Origin: the human T2T-CHM13v2.0 reference genome, Homo sapiens
Assembly: GCF_009914755.1 (NCBI RefSeq)
Contig: NC_060929.1
Direction: 5' to 3' (one strand)
DNA: 64,000 bases
Shown piece after piece: positions 59,671-64,000 of the stretch. Under the pieces are notes generated by a model that saw only the letters and a list, made by a program, of their open reading frames with translations, was not told where the DNA came from and did no database searches. The stretch's first letter is position 1; each line of letters opens with the position of its first letter. Position numbers and translations under genes: made by a program.

Positions 59671-59879
59671 TGTTTATGGCCAGCTCATTATTGTCTTAAT
59701 AGGACTATTCTCCTTTGAAATGGTTATTTTCTTTCAGTTGGACCAACTTTTGCTATATTGTTCTTAGAAAATTAATGTCAATATTCCCTCCTACATTTCA
59801 CAGTAAGTAAAAAAATTTGAAAAAATCTACAAATGCAGTTAAACCTGTATATAACTTTGGTTAAGTAATACCCACCTAA

Positions 59880-60580
<701 letters not shown>

Positions 60581-61169
60581 CAAAACAAGGGGCTTTCAAG
60601 ACAGTTCTGACAAAGCTAAGAATTCTAACATATAGACACAAGTGTGCAGGAGTAATAACTGCCAACAACTTAAGAAGAGGAAAATCACTTAGAACATCAA
60701 CATTCTGGCATAAAATGTGCCCCTAGTATACATAAATTAGTAATAACACGTTATATTTGAAAGGAGATTTTATTTAATGAATGCTAACCAGAATCAACTC
60801 TCTATTTCGTTAAAAAAAAGTTTCATACATTTGAATTCATAAGATGCTTTTTTCCTTCTTAATTAGTAGCTCTAAAAAGATTTTCCAGATATTGAAACTG
60901 CCGCCAATGTTATAAATTATGACATACATAAATTAGTATTGCACTGAGTATTTATAAATGAAAAAAAGAAATGTACAAAAACACCTTTAAAATATTAAAT
61001 TGTTCAAAAAAAATTTTTCATTTGATTCCAAATGCCTGTAAAACTTCATAAAATGTTACCTAAAATTATTGTCTACTTAGTTACCTTGAAGGGAAATGTG
61101 TGAGTAATTAAAATTGCCTATTTTGTTTGTAAGGTATTTTTCTATCATAGATGATGTTATTAAATAGCT

Positions 61170-61171
<2 letters not shown>

Positions 61172-61213
<42 letters not shown>
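61172..61213. repeat. Perfect (TG)21 microsatellite
   Basis: Directly visible. Confidence 0.98.
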
Positions 61214-61216
<3 letters not shown>

Positions 61217-62869
61217 TATTGATACTTGAGAGATTGGAGTTTATTCAAAGACATGAAATAAACAAACTTTCAGAAACTGATGTTAAAATAGCCTGGAAAT
61301 TCCTGAGGCTGATGTATCTCAAGAATTACTTTTAGTATTTTGGAATTCTGAGCCAATGTATCTACACAGAAAAGCAATCAGTCTCTGAATTTGGTTCTCT
61401 CTGGCCTTATCCTCATTCTACTTGGTTCAAGAGAACAAATACTTCTTTTGTTGATCCAGATGGATTAATATGAGTGAACCAGAGCACCTTTTTTTTTTTT
61501 TCCTTAGGACAATCCCAGTGTGAGAAGAGCTTGGCTTCGTTTTTTGTTTTTAGAAGTTTTCTATTCAGTAATGTCTTTTTATGCATGGGTGGGATGTTTT
61601 TTCCTACTGCAGTTAAGACTCCGGAAAAGGTTCAATGTACAATATTTTCAGCTCAGTGGGGGCTAAAACAGAAAAAAAGAAGGCAATTATTCCCTTGCTT
61701 ATCAAAGAGTCATTTATCTAGTATCTCTTCTATTAGGATCACAATAGAGAAAGAGGAAATAAATATATAAGGCTCGTGGTCTGCCAGCACATATTCCTAT
61801 ATACTAAACTATGAATCGTGCTCATAAGAAACCTTCTTAGGTTTTTATAGCAATTGTTTGAGCTTACGTTATAAAAATTTAATAAGGTTATTTTCTGATT
61901 ACCCCGCATCTATTTCAAAAATAAAGAAAGGGAGAGGGAGGTACAGGAACAGACCCAGGTAAAGTGAAGGGCTTTTGCACTCTGCAGGTGAGGCAGGATA
62001 CAGACTGATAATCTCCATGATCTCTGAGGTCAGCCTGCACAACTCAGAATAATGATGATGTAAGGAGAAAGTGGTGATGATGGCAACAATAATAATGGCA
62101 ATGATGATAATAGTAGTTATTGTAGTGGTTTTAATTTCCTGACTGTTTCTGTGTGCTAAGATTTACTTCACGTGGATTTTCATACTTGATCCTTTTGATA
62201 AATGTGTGAAATACATATTATTGATTCCCTTATTTTATAGTTGATGTAACAGATGTACAGAGATGTTAAGTAATCTGCACAAGGTCACACAGTTAAAAGA
62301 GGCTAAGGCAGGATATGCACTCCTATAGCTATGTTATGCTCTGCTGAATAGATTTCATGTGATGGCTCTGAGTCGTTCAGAAAATGTTAAATTGTATGCA
62401 GCCCTTTTTGGTTAGGAAGACAGAGAAAACTGTAGTATGCTTAGAGGAATAAACGTCAGCTTATTCAGAATCACTCATTCTATTTTATCTAAATGCAAGT
62501 GTGTGTGAGGGACAACTAAACAAGGCCATGTGACAAACTTCTCAAGGATAGGGAGGAAATGGCAGATGTGTATTTATTATGGGCTTTAGTCAAATCAGCA
62601 CGGTCTGATGAAGGCCATTTGCGATGTCTGAGATGAGGGCGGATGATGCAAAAACACTAGGGACTGTTATTGAAAATTTATTGGATGATAGCAAAGCCTT
62701 TCAAAATTGTCTAAGGGAAATTTTTTTTTAAAAACAACCCTGTAACCATAGATAAGTTAGAATAAAATTCAAAAGCAAGAAAGATACTGAAACAGCCAGG
62801 ACAATCCTTAGCATTGGGTACAGACAGGATGAAACTATTTTTTTCTCCTATGAAAGCGTAATGTCTTGG

Positions 62870-63560
62870 TAATTAAGAAAAAATTAGCCAATGTACTCTA
62901 TCAGGTGTCAGTCTCTATAGACTGGGTGTGCAGATGTCTAGAAAACCACATCATAAAGAAGTCTTGCTCTCTCAGGCTCAAAAGTGGAGTAAGTTTTCTT
63001 TGACATAACTAATTTGTATCAAGTTAAAAAATAATCAGTGACCTATTAGATAAAATTTCGTGCATGTATATCAGGATATACACAATTGCTAACAATTTGA
63101 TTCACAGACATGTTAAATTGAACAGATCATGAAATATTAGAACAGACAATAAAAGCTAGAACCAAGTCAGCTAGTAATAAATGCTTGCAAATATAGAAAT
63201 GACCAAAAATTAGAAATATTTCTATAATTGAAAAACGCCTGACTTGAAAAAAGTATGTCTGGAAACTACCTGCCAAAGAAGACTGTAAAGAGAAATACGA
63301 ATCCCAAAGCTAGGGTGAAATCCATGTGTGAGTTTATAACATGGAAGATTATTAAAAATTGTTAGCTTAGTTGTATTTCTGATGATTTCATCATTGATGA
63401 AGTGGTATAGGGAACCTAAGATTAGAAAAAGACCCTAGTCAGATGTCCATATAAATTCCAAAAATAATGGCTGAACTAGAACACACAAAGAACAATGTTA
63501 AAATCCTAAATATTCACATTTCCTGAATTTTTAAAAAACTTTACTAGACATCTCTTTAAT
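62870..63560 (+). mobile_element. Ancient L1ME/HAL1-like ORF1-region remnant
   Basis: A-rich strand bias with decayed L1 ORF1-like segments (AACATGGAAGAT...AGATGTCCATATAAATTCCAAAA). Weak call. Confidence 0.4.
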
Positions 63561-63683
63561 AGCCATAACGTGAATGGTGATTTAAAAATGATTTATTGTT
63601 CTAGAATGAAATATAGAAAACTAAAGTCAGCTCTTGAAAATAATTGCACATTCATTTTTTTCATTTTGAACATGTAGGATGAC

Positions 63684-64000
63684 TTTTTTTTTTTTTTTTG
63701 CTGGGGGTCGGGGGCTGAGGGGGTGGGGGGGTGGGGGATTGAGGGGGTGGGGGGGTGGGGAGACAGAGTCTTGCTCTGTTGCCCAGACTGGAGTGCAGTG
63801 ACGTGATCTCGGCTCCTGCAACTTCTGACCCCTGGGTTCAAGCGATTCTCTTGCCTCAGCCTCCTGAGTAACTGGGATTACAGGCACATGCCACCATGGC
63901 TGGCTAATTTTTGTATTTTTAGTAGAGATGGGGTTTTGCTATGTTGGTCAGGCTGTTCTCAGACTGCTGACCTCATGATCCACCCGCCTCAACCTCCCAA
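63684..64000 (-). mobile_element. AluS running off the window end, with a 60-nt G-rich tract between tail and body
   Basis: T16 at 63684-63699, G-tract at 63700-63760, Alu body from 63760. Confidence 0.95.

Overview
AT-rich, CpG-poor primate (most likely human) non-coding DNA, either a long intron or intergenic sequence. I found no credible protein-coding exon. The ORF track is explained by Alu, LTR and L1 read-throughs plus chance ORFs. There is no CRISPR array or other prokaryotic system. The window holds about 19 Alu copies, a MER11 (HERV-K11) solo LTR, THE1/MST/MLT LTRs, old L1/L2/MIR fragments, MER DNA transposons and microsatellites. Repeat family names come from recalled consensus sequences, not a database search. 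The most notable structures are: (1) a 100%-identical 288-bp copy of unique sequence (27720-28007) pasted 3.3 kb upstream into the middle of a MER5A1-like element, with junctions compatible with a circular (microDNA) or template-switch intermediate; (2) a decayed, intron-retaining, 3'-truncated tRNA-Arg(TCT) copy; (3) an inverted insertion with a 22-bp duplication inside an old L1; (4) a very young AluY with Yc-like variants; (5) an Alu nested in the opposite orientation inside another Alu; (6) an eight-run G-tract between an Alu body and its tail. I cannot identify the host locus from the sequence alone.
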